From Octopus vulgaris (taxonomy: Eukaryota), in NCBI GenBank assembly GCA_951406725.2, contig OX597817.1:165230001-165294000 (forward strand): a stretch of DNA of 64,000 nucleotides, in the 5' to 3' direction. Shown piece by piece: positions 41,533 to 56,878 of the stretch. The notes beneath the pieces are model-generated. The model was not told where the DNA came from. It did not search any database and saw only the letters and a list, made by a program, of their open reading frames with translations. The position numbers were made by a program, and so were the translations under genes. The number at the start of each line of letters is the position of its first letter. Within the stretch, counting starts at the first letter, position 1.

Positions 41533-42072
41533 GTGTGAGTGTGTTTATGTGTGTTACTGTGTGTATGTATATATATATACATAAATACATACACATGTTA
41601 CTATTTTATATACTTACATTAAGTAAAAACTCTTAAACATCTCAACCATTAGGGCAAACACACTCACGCATAAACAAACACACCCTCTCTCTTTCCCACA
41701 TGCCCTATGCTAAAGCAAGCGTACACTTTCACAAAGCAGAACAATAAAAACCTAATAATGTTTCCTTCTTGATCTTTAAATATATTTTTATTTCTCACGG
41801 AATTGCACATAAAACCTATAGAATGTAATGTTACGCGTTACTAAAAACTTTGAAGTTTAAATGCAACCTAAATTTTGCCTGTCTAACGTCAAAATTGTAA
41901 CCTTTTTATTGAATTATGCACTAAATTTCTTACATTAAAAAAGTTAGTATGCTTGTAATGAAAGTGGATATCGTTTACGTTTTGTGCTTAAAAATTAATT
42001 TTATTGTTTAAATATGATTAGTCACTGCCTATCCTTGCTAAAATCGCTTGTGTTTTCATGTATGGGTTAATA

Positions 42073-42591
<519 letters not shown>

Positions 42592-42594
<3 letters not shown>

Positions 42595-42810
42595 GGCGGT
42601 GAGCTGGCAGAATCGTTGGCACTCCGGGCAAAATGCTTAGCGGTATTTCTTCCATCTTTGCGTTCTGAGTTCAAATGCCACCGGGATCGACTTTCATCCT
42701 TTCATCCTTTCATCACTTCCGAGTCGATGAAATAATTACCAGTTGTGTACTGAGATCGATGTAATCGATTATCCCCCCACGCCCTCTATAAATTCCATAA
42801 AGGATTATTA
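42592..42810 (+). mobile_element. SINE family B copy
   Basis: AAGGCGGTGAGCTGGCAGAATCGTT head directly after (TTA)n. Confidence 0.75.
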
Positions 42811-43324
42811 TTGTTTTAATTTGGTTATTGAACTGTTTCCGCATTATTCGCAACAAAAACATTATTTTCAGTAAACTCAGTTACACAGACAAGTGATGGT
42901 GTGAATGTATCTATAAGCAAGTGTATATGTATAAGTGCATATGTAAGGGTACATACAAATATATTTGTGGACATATTTACACTTACCTAATAAAGTTTGG
43001 ATAACTTTTAGTTGGCACTTTTTATGATTTGACTACTTATATAAGCAGGAATATGCAAACATATATTGATATATGTGTGAGTGTGTGTGTGTATGTATAT
43101 ATATATACTTACACATATCCATATACATACATGCGGGTATTACATATATATATATACATAAACACACACATATATATGCATATGTATGTGTGTGTATGCA
43201 CGAGTGTGAATGCATATATAAATAGACAATATATGTGTATATATGTGTATATGTATAGATGTCTGTATATATACGGGTGTGTGATTCTAATTGTAGATGT
43301 ATGAACAGGCAGATATATAAAGAC

Positions 43325-43376
<52 letters not shown>

Positions 43377-43441
43377 TTTGATACTTTGATAGGTTTCGGC
43401 CATTATTGGCCCAGGCCATGTCTAACTTAATAGCACCACCT

Positions 43442-43485
<44 letters not shown>

Positions 43486-43726
43486 TATCTATAAATATCT
43501 ATCGATCTAACAATCGTTTTATCTATACGTATGTCATCATAAGCGAGGACGCGTGTGTGTGTGCAGGTTAATTGAATTATATACAGATATTTATGACCTT
43601 TCTCTCTCTCTCTCTCTCTGTATATATATAAATATATACATATGCATATATACATATATCTATATATCTATATATACATACATACATACGTATATATATG
43701 TATATATCTGTATGTGTGTGTAAGAA

Positions 43727-43772
<46 letters not shown>

Positions 43773-44067
43773 TACATATGTTGATATATATATATTATGC
43801 ATCTGTATATACAAATGCATATGTATATATATATATATATATTCATACTTATATATATATTACTTACATATATGTGTGTGTGTGTGTTGTGTAATATATA
43901 TATATATATATAAATACATATGTAATTATATATATATATTTATGTGTGTGTGTGTGACATATGAGTATATATATATATATTATATATATATATATATACA
44001 TACATAATATAGATTTTCCTGTATTTATATATTCACTTTTGTATCTCTCTCTCTCTCCCTCTCTCTC

Positions 44068-44144
<77 letters not shown>

Positions 44145-44512
44145 ATATATATATATACATCTATCTCTCTAACTTTCTCTGTGCATGTTTGCTCGTTTGT
44201 TTGTGTGTCTGTTCCCTGTGAGACTGTGTATTTATTTGTTTATATACGTGCATATATACAGTGGTGAACATGTGAGACCCCTGTGTATATACAGAGATAA
44301 GAAGAGTGAATGAGATTATGAAATAATATAGTGAAATTCGAGAAAGATGGCTAACTAGATAAGACTTTAGCTACAGATAAACAGAAAAACCCTCTCAAAC
44401 ACTTTTGATATTTTTATGACATTATTTGAAGATCACCATTTTGCTGGCAAATATTTGAATGTGCGTGCGTGTGTTTATATACCTTAAAAAGATACATCAT
44501 ATATACATACAT

Positions 44513-44565
<53 letters not shown>

Positions 44566-44577
44566 TCTATCTATCCA

Positions 44578-44614
<37 letters not shown>

Positions 44615-44638
44615 CCTTATATACAACTATATTGCATG

Positions 44639-44698
<60 letters not shown>

Positions 44699-44987
44699 AT
44701 TCGTTATATAGAACTATATTGCACATATTTTGGTATATCCAGAAATACATGGCTCTTAAATTTTATACAGGTTCGGACGAAACCCTGGTGCGAGCTACGT
44801 CCTTGTATATAGTATTAAAAACACACACACTCGCGTCACTATATATATGTATATATAATCAGCCGAAATTACTACGATGATCCGGTTCTTGACTGAAGAC
44901 TGAGGGTTTCGAATATCCTGTCCGTGTTTATTGTATCGTCTTCTAAGAGTTATACGTTCTTGTCCATGTTGTATTTTTCTACATACC

Positions 44988-45023
<36 letters not shown>

Positions 45024-45436
45024 CTTATACATTCAGACACTCACTCAAACATATATATCATTCAATGAGGGTGTCCATTTCTAAGCCATTATTGATACAT
45101 CTGTATAATTTTGAATTAAATACTGAATGACGAAGTCCGGAACGTTCTTAAGAAACGATGGGACGGTCATGGTTTGGAAAGCCTTTGATTACGAGTTCGT
45201 AGGGACGAGGGTTGGCTGAGGTTAAACAACGATAGCAACAACAACAACAATAATAATAACATCAACTACAGTAACCGTTAACGTAAACAAACATACGAAT
45301 ATGTCATTCGAAAATGATCGCTTTAACGGTGTCTATCTCGCTAGTTGATCGTTTGCTAACTGGTCCATGTTCATTACGTGGTTCACGTTAAGTTGATAAA
45401 TTACACCCACACTCAAACATACACACGCATGCATAG

Positions 45437-45468
<32 letters not shown>

Positions 45469-45759
45469 ATCAAGATACATAAATGCCACCAAACAGCAAT
45501 AAATCTCTAAATATTTCCTGACAAACAAAAACATTACTGTTACCTATCATCACACATAACCTTCTTTATGCGTTCATATGTTGAATATCTTAGGAGAGGA
45601 AAAAAAAAAAACCTTCTCATAGATACAGCCAGAGAAAATACATACATATTTACACTCATTCACTTTCTCTCTCTCTCACACACACACATACACAATCACC
45701 CACATGTATAAACACACATTCTCGCACGCACACACATGTACTAATATATACATATACAA

Positions 45760-45836
<77 letters not shown>

Positions 45837-46088
45837 TATATATATATATGTATATATATACACACACATATATATATATACACATATATGTATATATGTA
45901 TATATGTATATATATTTATATATACACATATGTTTACATATATATATGTATATATATATGTATAAAAATACATATATATATACATAATTATTTGCGTGTG
46001 TGTTTGTTTATATATGTATGATTGTATGTACGTAACGATTTATGTATAAATATATGTACGGATATATGTGTATATATATATTATATAC

Positions 46089-46152
<64 letters not shown>

Positions 46153-46195
46153 CATACATAAATATATATATACATATATATATATACATACATAA

Positions 46196-46238
<43 letters not shown>

Positions 46239-46632
46239 TGCAGAGATAGAGAGAGAGAGAGAAAGAGAAAGACAGAGAAAACGAGGGATTGATAGATAGA
46301 TAAACAGACAGACAGATAGACAGACCGATAGATACTCACACAAGCTCACACAGACAAGTAGCCATTTGCACACTCTTATATATTCTTCACATATATATAA
46401 TTGTATGCAGATCTACACATACGTTATTTGATCTTTATAAGCAGATATAACGGCACAGAAAGTTCATAAACGGATCAGATCCTGTATACTCATAGATACA
46501 CATTATTAGTATTATTAGTACATACCTTGAATTTTGTCATATACATAGATAATTCTAAATATATATATATACATAGATAATTTTATACATATATATATAT
46601 ATATATATGTGTGTATATATATATATATATTT

Positions 46633-46680
<48 letters not shown>

Positions 46681-46847
46681 TCATTTATATGTAAGTAGAC
46701 GTATTTACAAAACAATTCCAGGCTGAAGAATATTTCCCCACCTTAAATACACACAACAATTATATACACCACTTGTTTTATAATTTTAGAATCCCAACAC
46801 AAAGTGAACTCAATTGCATGTGTGTCTGTGTGTACACATACATACAT

Positions 46848-46961
<114 letters not shown>

Positions 46962-47130
46962 GTGTGTGTGTGTTTGTAGATTTAATACACACACACATAT
47001 ATACATATTTGTTTTCAGACACACATATATATACATTTCTCTATCAATTTATGCATATTTATACATGCATGTGTGTGTGTGTACAAATATTGTCTGTGTG
47101 TATATTTTGTATATTCATATGTTTTACTTT

Positions 47131-47234
47131 TATACATCCGGGGCCAAAAGTTGTGAACATAGGTCTGAAAATTAGAATTTTTATATTAAATGTCCAAAGT
47201 TATATTTGGTCCAAACTTTTGGTCACAACCTGTA
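47131..47234. mobile_element. Tiny degenerate Tc1-type MITE
   Basis: TA-flanked imperfect TIRs CA..GGCCAAAAGTTGTGAAC and (reverse complement) CAGGTTGTGACCAAAAGTTTGGAC. Confidence 0.4.
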
Positions 47235-47265
47235 CATACATACATACATACATACATACATACAA

Positions 47266-47340
<75 letters not shown>

Positions 47341-47750
47341 TATGTATATACGTACATACGTATTAAATATTTTTGTACGTATGCGCACACACTCACACAC
47401 TCTCTTATACACACGTGACCGCACTTATAATGTATGTTTGTGCATATGCATGTAAATGTATACGTATGTGTATATATACATGTATGTTTATTTTCATATA
47501 ACTATATAATATATATATATATATACACACACACATATATATACACATATTTATATATGCATACATATATCCATACATATATACATATATATACGTGTGT
47601 GTGTGTGTACATATATATATGTGTGTGTGTGTGTATATGTGTGTGTTTGTGTGTGTGTGTATACATATACATACTTAGAATAATCAAAAATATATATTAA
47701 TCAAACATGCTCCGATATTATTGGTGAAACAAATGCATGAATCAACTTAC

Positions 47751-49544
47751 CTGCCTGTAGAGTCTTGGAATCGTACGGTGTATTTGTATCCCAAGAACAT
47801 TCCTGGTGTAGAAAAGAAGGGTAGGAACGCCCATTTCTATCGAGTGAGTTCAAATCCGAAGTACGTCCTACGCTTGTTCTCATATGTCCGGCCGTGACCG
47901 ACGGATGAGTCGGTGAATTGGTCAAATTAGGTATAACACTGGGCATTGCTACATTGTTGTGGTAGGGATTGATAATACGCTGGCCGCTGTTATGTGCGGA
48001 CAGTCCCACGTTACCACTGGCGCTGCTGACCACAACGCCACCCACTCCGCCGGCACCATTTCCTCCACTTCCTAGACCACCTCCTACGCCAACTCCTAAA
48101 GTTGACATCGCTCCGAAATCTAAGTTTGCAGTCTGTACAGTTGGGTATAGGTATGGCAAAGGTAGCAGGGCAGTGTGTTGACTGAGGGTCGGTTGGAGAT
48201 GAGGTGGTGTGTGCATCGTGGCCCCATGTGATTGATGACTGCCTAGTAGTTGTAGGTGAGGGCCTGACAACAGCTGATTCTCAATGCTTTCGTCGGCTGC
48301 GGGCTGCAGCTCTGTCAGATTAGTTGATGATGGAGAAGATGAGGAGCCAATGTGTCCGACGTTATCAACGGTTGTTACGGACGAAGACGCAACAGAGGAT
48401 GTGGAAATGGATGATGATGATGATGGCACAACTGCTACTCCAGCCGTTGCTAATGATGATGATGAATTTGACGACGAATTCGACGACGGAGAAGCGGGTG
48501 ATGATGACGGTATGAAATGGGTTTGCGAAAGATATGCTGTGGGAACAGCAGCTGTTACATCGCTATAGCTGGGGGGTGACATTGACAGGACACCCGCGCC
48601 GGTACCGAACACAGGGCCTGGTATGCCATTTAGCCTTATACCCGGTGTAGGGTCGAAGATGTGGTGGTAGGGATGAAGCGTACCCGACGACATCGGTTGC
48701 GTGTAGAGTGGCGTTAACGGAGTTAAAGTTGTTCCTTCGGACGTTTGGTTATAGTATGATATTGGACAAGGAACTTGTTTAACTGTGGTCTCAACGCTTT
48801 TCAAAATATGGTCAACGTCTTCAGATCGGAGTTTGTCAAAAGAACCGTCATAGAAGTGACCCTGAGGATAGTGGGTATTCTGAAGTAGTGGAGAGACGAG
48901 AGACGTCTGTTCTTGAATCACGCTGAACGCATTTGATCGTGTTGGTTGTGGTGGTGGTGGTGGTGGTGGTGGTGGCAGCGACGGTGTTTGTGGCAGTAAG
49001 ACTGATGATGGTGCTGAATGTGGTGGCGGAAGAGCCGACAGCGAAAGGTGCGAGGGAGGGGAATGGTGCGCGTGGGGAGAGACCCGCTGCGTGTGCTGCA
49101 GAGAAAAGACCGACTGTGATGGTGGTGGTGGTGGCGGCGGCGGTGGCGGAGTAGTTGCAGGCTGCGATTGGGAGTCTGGAATAGATAGACCGAGTGAGGA
49201 TGTTAGGGCGATAGCAGCAGAATTACTGCGAAAGGGTGAGTTTAGATTTAAAGAGGGGTGGTTGGCAACAGCAGCAGCAGCAGCGGTAGCAGCAGTGGTG
49301 GTACTGTCGGTAACTCTACTATTTCTGTTATTACTACCACCACTATCACTGATAATACTACTACTACTACTATAGACATTAGTATTTCCTCTTCTGGCAT
49401 CATCAACACTACCGCTATCAGCGCTGCCACGATTCTTCCGATGATGAATATCGCTTCCATTCTCATCGACGCTTCCACCATCATTGTTTACACCGGAACC
49501 CCCACCACCGCAATCACCCCCGCATCTATTCCTGTCATCACCAG

Positions 49545-49588
<44 letters not shown>

Positions 49589-50205
49589 ATGTCACCCTCG
49601 TCATCGTCATCGTCGTCGTCGTCACCGCCACTACCCCCACCTCCACCGTCTCCGTCACCAGTACGAAAACCTGTAATGGAATCGTTGTTAGAACGTGATG
49701 ACCGGCTCTGCGGCATCACCACTAAGTTTTCCGGTCCTTGATTGTTATCCACGGTAAACTCCTTAACTTCCCACTCTTTATCCTGGTGAGAATGCGGGGG
49801 CGGCGTTGGTTGTTTATGTCCATATTGTTCCGAAGAACTACCGTCCTTATTCGAGGGCGGAGAAGCAGAAGATCGCGGTGACGAAGGAATTTCGGAACGG
49901 TTGGCGAAAGAGAAAGGCAATAACGTGTTAGACAGCAGAGAAGATGTGGGTTTCGTCACAATGACACTTCCGCCGGAGCCCTGAGTCGAAGACAAATGTA
50001 TCTGCACCGAGGACACCGCCGCTTCCCCAGCCACCACGGGTGACGAAGAAGATGGAGAAGATGGTGATGATTTCGGCGAAGACACCCCTGATGGCGGTGG
50101 TGGTCCTGGATGTGGTTGCTGTTGGTGTTGAGGTGTTGGTGGTGGTGGTGGTGGTGTTTGTGAAGTGGACTGGAGAGACGTGAGGGCGTTGTTCCTGCTG
50201 GACAT
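47751..50205 (-). CDS. Large first coding exon (~818 codons) of a probable transcriptional regulator; low-complexity Ser/Pro/His/Gly/Asp-rich N-terminus; remainder of gene not found in window
   Basis: 850-codon open frame in GC/CpG-rich sequence against an AT-rich background. All embedded trinucleotide repeats keep frame (poly-P, poly-D, poly-S, poly-A, poly-G). There is an in-frame TAA just upstream of the GTG, so the first ATG (MSSRNN) at 50205 is the likely start. A consensus donor CAG|GTAAGT (phase 1) follows ...YDSKTLQAG. No folded domain is recognisable. Confidence 0.8.
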
Positions 50206-50900
50206 CGATAAATGCTTGTTGTACTCCGAATACAAGTTGACTGCGCCTCTCACCGATATCGAGTCACATTATCATAGTTCTACTGTCAGACAGACCACCT
50301 GGCGGCTGCACCTTTCCCCACCAACGACAACTCTCACCGACACGACAAAGAAAAAAAAAAAAAAAAAAAGAAACCACTCAGCTATGATTTTTCAAAGTTT
50401 TTCACCTTTGTCACTATCACAGTGATTACGTTGTTATTATTATTGTAGTTACTGTTGTTGTTGTTGTTGTTGTGACTGCTGCTGTTGTTTTAGTCCCCGC
50501 CGCCGTCATTGTGGTTGCTGCTGTTGTCGATGTTCTTACTATTTGTCTTTCTTTTTACCCTCCCCACCACCACCACCACCACCACCACCACCACCACCAC
50601 CACTACCACCACCGTTGTCATTGTCGTCATCGTCCATAGCAACACAGTCGATTTTCTTTTTCTTTTTATTTTATATTATTTTTTTCTAATTGCTTAACTG
50701 GAGAGGACAATTTCACTGTATTACTTTCGGGTAAAGAGGTAAGAATATTTGAATAATTTCGCTCACCCAAAATGCGGTTTCGATTTACGCTTGAAACCAT
50801 TTCTCTTTAGTTACACCGCCACTAATTAATGAATGTTCTTAGTTCACGGTTTCCCCCCCCCCCACCTTTATAATCACGAGGGTTTTAATGTGTAGAAATT
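50206..50900 (-). promoter_or_regulatory. Putative 5' UTR / proximal promoter of the minus-strand gene
   Basis: Mostly unique sequence with simple repeats directly upstream of the ATG. Includes a tiny uORF (ATG ATA ATG TGA, 50275-50264), a TATA-like TTATAAAG near 50867-50874 next to a G-run, and a possible acceptor (ttgtcctctccAG) near 50699. TSS not determinable. Confidence 0.3.
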
Positions 50901-50924
50901 CTTTTTCTTCTCGTATTGATAATA

Positions 50925-51385
50925 ATTCTTCCTACTATAGTCACAAGGCCTGAAATTCCGCGGGAGGTAGCTAGTCGACTTTTATCGATCCCAGTACTTG
51001 ATTGGTACTTAGTTTATCGAACCCGAAAGACCTCGGCAGCATTTGAAATCAGAACGTAACGCCGGAAGAAATACCGCTAACCATTTTGTTCGCTGTGCTA
51101 ACGATTCTGCCAGCTCGCCGCCCTCCTTGTAATAATAATAATAATAATAATGATAATAATGATACTGTCTAGTAAAGGCACAGTGCCTGATATTTTGGGA
51201 GGTGGGGGAAGGGGATAATCGAATTATCGACCTGTGTGCTTAACTGTATTTAATTTGATCAACCCAGAAAGTATAAAATGCAAAGTTTAGCACGGTGGGA
51301 TTTGAACGCAGAACGTCAAGAACCAGTAGAAAAGCCACTAAACATTTTTTCCCGACGCTCTAACGATTCTGCCACCTCGCTTTCA
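50925..51385 (-). mobile_element. Two diverged SINE family B copies
   Basis: AACGATTCTGCCAGCTCGCC ends and ATTTGAA..CAGAACGT blocks, twice. Confidence 0.65.
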
Positions 51386-53009
51386 AATTAATCTGTGGTC
51401 AACTTCACCCCTCTGGGTTAACAACAACGTGGTGCTAGTCAGATACAGGTAAATATAATCAACTAACTAACCCCTCCGCCAAAATTTCAAGCTCTGTCCC
51501 AATATTGTTGTTGATGTTGATGTTGATGATAGTATTGGTAATGGTGGTGATGATGATGATGACGACAACGATGACGACGACGATGATGACGTTGATGGTA
51601 GCGGTGGTAGTAGTTGTAGAATTTTCTACTTTTATTATTGTAATTGGTAGAGTGGTACATTACCGAATATATGTTGAGACAAACTAATGCCGTGTTCTAT
51701 TTATTTACGTATCATTATGTTCCGGGTTCAAATCCCGCTGAAATAAACTTAACTGCCAGTCATTCTAGGGCTGCTAAAATATGTAAGCGTCAAGTATAGC
51801 GGTCATTTAAATATAACGAAAAAATAACAGAGTAGTAGTAGTAGTAGTAGTATTAGCTATAGTTTTGCTTAAATATAGTGACATTGCTAATGTTGAAGTT
51901 TTTGTTGTTGTTCGTAAGATAGAAAACAATAAAGGCTACCAGTCAATGAAGCGAGCTGGTTGAGTCGATAAAGTGTTATGTTAGATTGCTTCACTTCATA
52001 CGTCCCGGTTCTTTACTCGCGGATGTTCGAATCCTGCCAAAGCCGGCTTCGTATATTTTGTCCATTTCAGGGGTTAAAAACTAAAGTATGAGACCAAAAG
52101 CAACGTGTGGATCTCTAAGACCGAAGGGGATTCCTTGAAGTATGTGTTCCGGCTCATTGCTTTCTGGTTTCGAATTGCTCGTCCGATAACCGGCCTTTTC
52201 GTAGCAGGACATGGGCTCTTTCGGACTCGCATCAACGGTTATAGTCCTTTAAAGTCAAACTTGAACGACATCTCGTTCGAATTAATATACATAAATTGAA
52301 ATACAGATCCCGACAGATTTGGCTGTGTCACACTAAAATTATTTGTGTTATTATTCACTTACTCCCCTTTATTTTGTGATTTCAAATCCGGTCAACATCA
52401 ACTTTACCTTAATCTTTCTGGTCCGAGAAAATTGTATTGACGTCGATATAATCAACTATAACCCCTAAATGTGTAATATGTTACAAAGCAGTACTTTATA
52501 ATATAATATTATTGTTTGTCTCGACATCTGTTCATATGTTATGCTTTCACTACAACATTCACTATGGGACAAAATCTTCTATATAACGATTTCTGATTTA
52601 AGCGGATAGCCAACAGTTTTGAGGGTAGGGATTGGTTAATGATGTCGGTCCCTGTTCTTGACTGGTAGCCCCAAGGTGATAAAAGGTGAAATTGGTTTCT
52701 GTAGGAATTGAGTTTAGAAGGAAAAGTACAACTGGAACAAATACCGAACGGCATCTTGCCTGGCGCTCTAACGATTCTGATAAGTCTGCACCCTTGACAT
52801 CTTTAACATAATGAAATAATTTGCTGTGTTACGCTTTAGGAAAACTTATCTATGGGAGGAAATGGAGGACGTAACAAAACCAGTCCGAGTGGTGGTGTGC
52901 TTTAAAAAGCTTTATTGACCAAAATTGAGCACGTAATTGAACTCGGTAACGTAATTTATGTATCAAAAACAGAAATAAGAACATTTATAATGTGGAATTT
53001 TATTATTGT

Positions 53010-53370
53010 TAAGGCGGCTAGCTGACAGAATCGTTAGCGCGCCGGGCGAAATGCTTAGCGGTATTTCGTCTGCCGTTACGTTGTGAGTTCAAATTCCGCC
53101 GAGATCGACTTTGCCTTTCATCCTTTCGGGGTCGATAACTTAAGTACCAGTTGCATGCTGGCCTCGATGTAATCGACTTAATCCGTTTGTCTGTCCTTGT
53201 TTGTCTCTTCTGTGTGTTGCCCCTTGTGGGCAGTAAAGAAATATGTATTTCGTCTGCCGTTACGTTCTGAGTTCAAATTCCGCCGTGGTCGACTTTGCCT
53301 TTCATCCTTTCGGGGTTGATAAATTAAGCACCACTTGGATACTGAGGTCGATCTAATCGACTGACCCCCA
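53010..53370 (+). mobile_element. SINE family B dimer
   Basis: Head, unit, GAAATAT|GTATTTCG junction near 53245, second unit. Confidence 0.85.
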
Positions 53371-53619
53371 AAGTGTAGGTTAAGCCAATCTATGACCAAC
53401 AGTGATCATCCTGGCTTTCCAGGGACCACATTTTGTAATATGCCTTATCCGTACATAAAACAAATTGCGTTTGACTTAGGGGAGATTTGGTCACTATTTC
53501 TAGCAGCTAAAGACGCTCTACGTTAGCTCAGGTGCAACATATTTTTGCTCAACCTCAAATTAAATCTAATGGAGCAGACTAAGGCATTCCAATCATGACT
53601 GTCTAATTTGTTTCGCGCC

Positions 53620-54050
53620 GGCATGGTTGTGTAGCTAAGAAGCACATTTTGCAACTATGTGGTTTTGGGTTCAGTCCCACTGCTCAGTACCTTGGACAAG
53701 TGTCTTCTACTATAAGCCCGAACCGACGACTACCGTGTGAGGGAACTTGGTTGGCGGAAACTGTATGGAAGCCCGTCGTATATACATGTATAGGTGTTTC
53801 TGTGCCAGTGTTTGTCACTATACTTCCCTTGTTTGACAACCGGTGTTGGTTTGTTTACATCTCCGCAACTTGGCAGTTCGTCAAAAAAGCATCGATAGAA
53901 TAAGTACCAAATTATAAACGAAACAACCCCACTACGCAAAAAAAAAAAGAGGCAAACTAAAACACTGGGTGGCTTTGTTGGAGTAAAAACTTTCAAGATG
54001 GTGCTTCAGCATGGCCGCAGTCTAATTACAGAAACAAATAAAAGATAACA
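53620..54050 (+). mobile_element. Diverged SINE family A copy
   Basis: Family blocks in order, ending CAGCATGGCCGCAGTC..GAAACAA. Confidence 0.7.
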
Positions 54051-54448
54051 GATGCAAGTGCACCGAAAGATTATCTAGTATAGCCTTTCCTCAGACAGTG
54101 ACCTTTGGTTACTATTTCTTGCATTATCTATTGTATCTGTTTCAGACGTCGAGGGTACTAATAGAAGGAGCATTGGCTGCTATTTCTAGTAAGTTGAGCA
54201 ATGTCGTAGAGTCACCTTCCCTTCGCTTATAATTCTTGTTGTTGTTATTATTCATATAAGCGCTATGTTTGTGTGACTGTATAAGAGTTATTATTGTTGT
54301 TGTTAAGATTGTTTTCCTTAACCAGAATTCCTTGTGAGGTTAGATATGAAAGAATGTTTCGTAAATATTCATATATGTATATATATGTATGTATGTATTA
54401 TGTATGTATGTATGTATGTATGTATGTATGTATGTATGTATGTATGTA

Positions 54449-54485
<37 letters not shown>

Positions 54486-54650
54486 ATGTATGCGTGTGTG
54501 TGTTTATTTGCATGTATGTATACATATGTATGGACGTGTATATTTAAGCCAAATATAGTTGGACCTTGAGGAGAATATTGGACATATTAGTCTTGCTTTC
54601 ATGCCAAATACCTGAATCAGAACTTGTTTTCCCCACCTACGTACAAAACC

Positions 54651-54733
<83 letters not shown>

Positions 54734-54805
54734 CATACATAATGATACACACAAAACCATGTACACACACACACACACATGTCTATATATATATACATAT
54801 GTATA

Positions 54806-54955
54806 CCGGAGTAAACACATAAATGTGAAACAAGGTGGAAAAAAGAGTACTCAAATACCAGTGGTAGAGTAATATGCTTTATTTAAAGCAGCAGAAAATT
54901 CAACAAAATCTGTTACTCTGAGTTTCTCGTTGCCGTTCATAAGACATTTTTTGCT
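54806..54955 (-). mobile_element. Second copy of the 1321-1470 element, with decayed hammerhead at 54911-54946
   Basis: Minus strand TGT-CTTATGA-ACG(GCAA)CGA-GAA-ACTC(A)GAGT-A-ACA. Confidence 0.7.
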
Positions 54956-54965
54956 ATATATATAT

Positions 54966-55292
54966 GGCGCATGGCTCAGTGGTTAGAGCGTCGAGCTTAC
55001 GATCGTGAGGTTGTGAGCTCGAATCCCGGACCGGGCTGCGTGTTGTGTTCTTGGGCAAGGCACTTTATTTCACGTTGCTCCAGTTCACTCAGCTGTAGAA
55101 ATGAGTTGCGACGTCACTGGTGCCAAGCTCTATCGACCTTTGTCTTTCCCTTGGATAACACTGGTGGCGTGGAGAAGGGAGGCTGGTATGCATGGGCAAC
55201 TGCTGGTCTTCCATAAACAACCTTGCCCAGACTTGTGTCTAGGAGGATAACTTTCTAGGTGCAATCCCATGGTCATTCATGACCGAAGGGGG
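54966..55292 (+). mobile_element. Full-length SINE family C
   Basis: GGCGCATGGCTCAGTGGTTAGAGCG A-box head; near-identical to 4795-5110. Confidence 0.85.
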
Positions 55293-55337
55293 TATTTTAT
55301 ATGTATATATGTGCGCACACAAACGTATATAGATAGG

Positions 55338-55525
<188 letters not shown>

Positions 55526-55571
55526 CAGACAGATAGATAGATAGATAGATAGAAAGAAAGATAGATAGATT

Positions 55572-55630
<59 letters not shown>

Positions 55631-56182
55631 GGAGAAGGAGAGAGGGTGGGGGAAAGGATGAGAAAAAGAGAGATAGTTCTAAATACTGAATTGATATACA
55701 AGCAACATATGTTAAATTTATACTTTTCTATGTTTTACTGTTCTGTATTTCTGTATGGACAAATATAGATATATAGGTGTTTGGCTTCACATGCAGACAC
55801 AAGCAGTTAAGAGTACACGTGTTCTCTCACATACACACCAATTCAAAGAGGTTTAATTGACCAAACAAATAAATTCTTAACACCGAAACTGACGAAGATC
55901 CATTGAAGAACGGCATACATGCATTTAATGTGTAATATTGCAAGACGTGCGTTCTAAATACGATATTTACGAAGACAAAGAACATCGCAAATCAGAATAT
56001 AAATGAACGGATGACTTCCTGACGACCTTTTAATGCAGAATTGAATAACGATGTTATAAGCATCAGTAGAAATCAGAAACAGGCCCAAAGATGGGATCCG
56101 ATTCACTTAACTATAATTTGCCGGGCAAAATTAATGCTTATACATTTATAGATTAATCTCTCATACATGTTCATCTCTTCAC

Positions 56183-56329
56183 AGGGCGTGGCTGTGTGAT
56201 AACAGCCTTATTTCCCGATTACATGGTTCCAGTTTCATTCCTATTGCGTGGAACCTTGGGCTTCAATAACAGTCCAGGGCCGACCAAAGCCTTGTTAGTA
56301 GATTTGGTAGAGGGAAACTGAAAGAAGCC

Positions 56330-56380
<51 letters not shown>

Positions 56381-56540
56381 GGGCATGGCTGTGTGGTTAG
56401 GGAGCTTGCTTCCTAGCTACATGGTTTCGGGTTCAGTCCCACTGCGTGGCACTTTGGGTAGGTGTCTTCCACTATAGCCCCGAGCCGACCAGAGCTTTGT
56501 GATTGAATTCGGTAGATGGAAGTTACTGCCGTGTGTGTAT
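56183..56540 (+). mobile_element. Two 5' halves of SINE family A
   Basis: Two GGC(G/A)TGGCTGTGTG heads at ~56185 and ~56381. Confidence 0.7.
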
Positions 56541-56685
56541 GTGTGCGTATAGCTGCTCAGTGCCTCTCCGAAAGAGATATATATATATATATATATATAT
56601 AAAGATAAGATTGATATTTAAATACCGATCTTATCAGGTGGCCAGCATGATGAGAATAAAAACCTTCAAAGGTAATAATTGTTAT

Positions 56686-56878
56686 TAAAATTATAATTTA
56701 GGCTTTCTAAGAGATACCACCACTCTGGAAATAGCAGCCAAAACTTGACTCTAAATCCACATTAAATGTTCATACTGCACCAGGAGAGAAGACAAAGAAA
56801 CAAAATAAACGAGCAAAAAAATTTTGCTCGTTTTGGCTGCTATTTCCAGCGTGGTGGTATCTCTTAGATACCCTAAAT

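Noticed and set aside
47701-47750. C-terminal KLIHAFVSPIISEHV* and GTG start of the 850-aa ORF as real termini
   Set aside because: A perfect GTAAGT donor and a switch to AT-rich microsatellite sequence indicate intron read-through; the ATG at 50205 is the more plausible start.
47969-49741. Plus-strand ORFs antisense to the large exon
   Set aside because: Shadow frames of GC-rich trinucleotide-repeat coding sequence.
54966-55040. Possible tRNA genes here and at 963-1035
   Set aside because: No proper acceptor stem or terminator; each runs into a SINE body that recurs elsewhere in the window.
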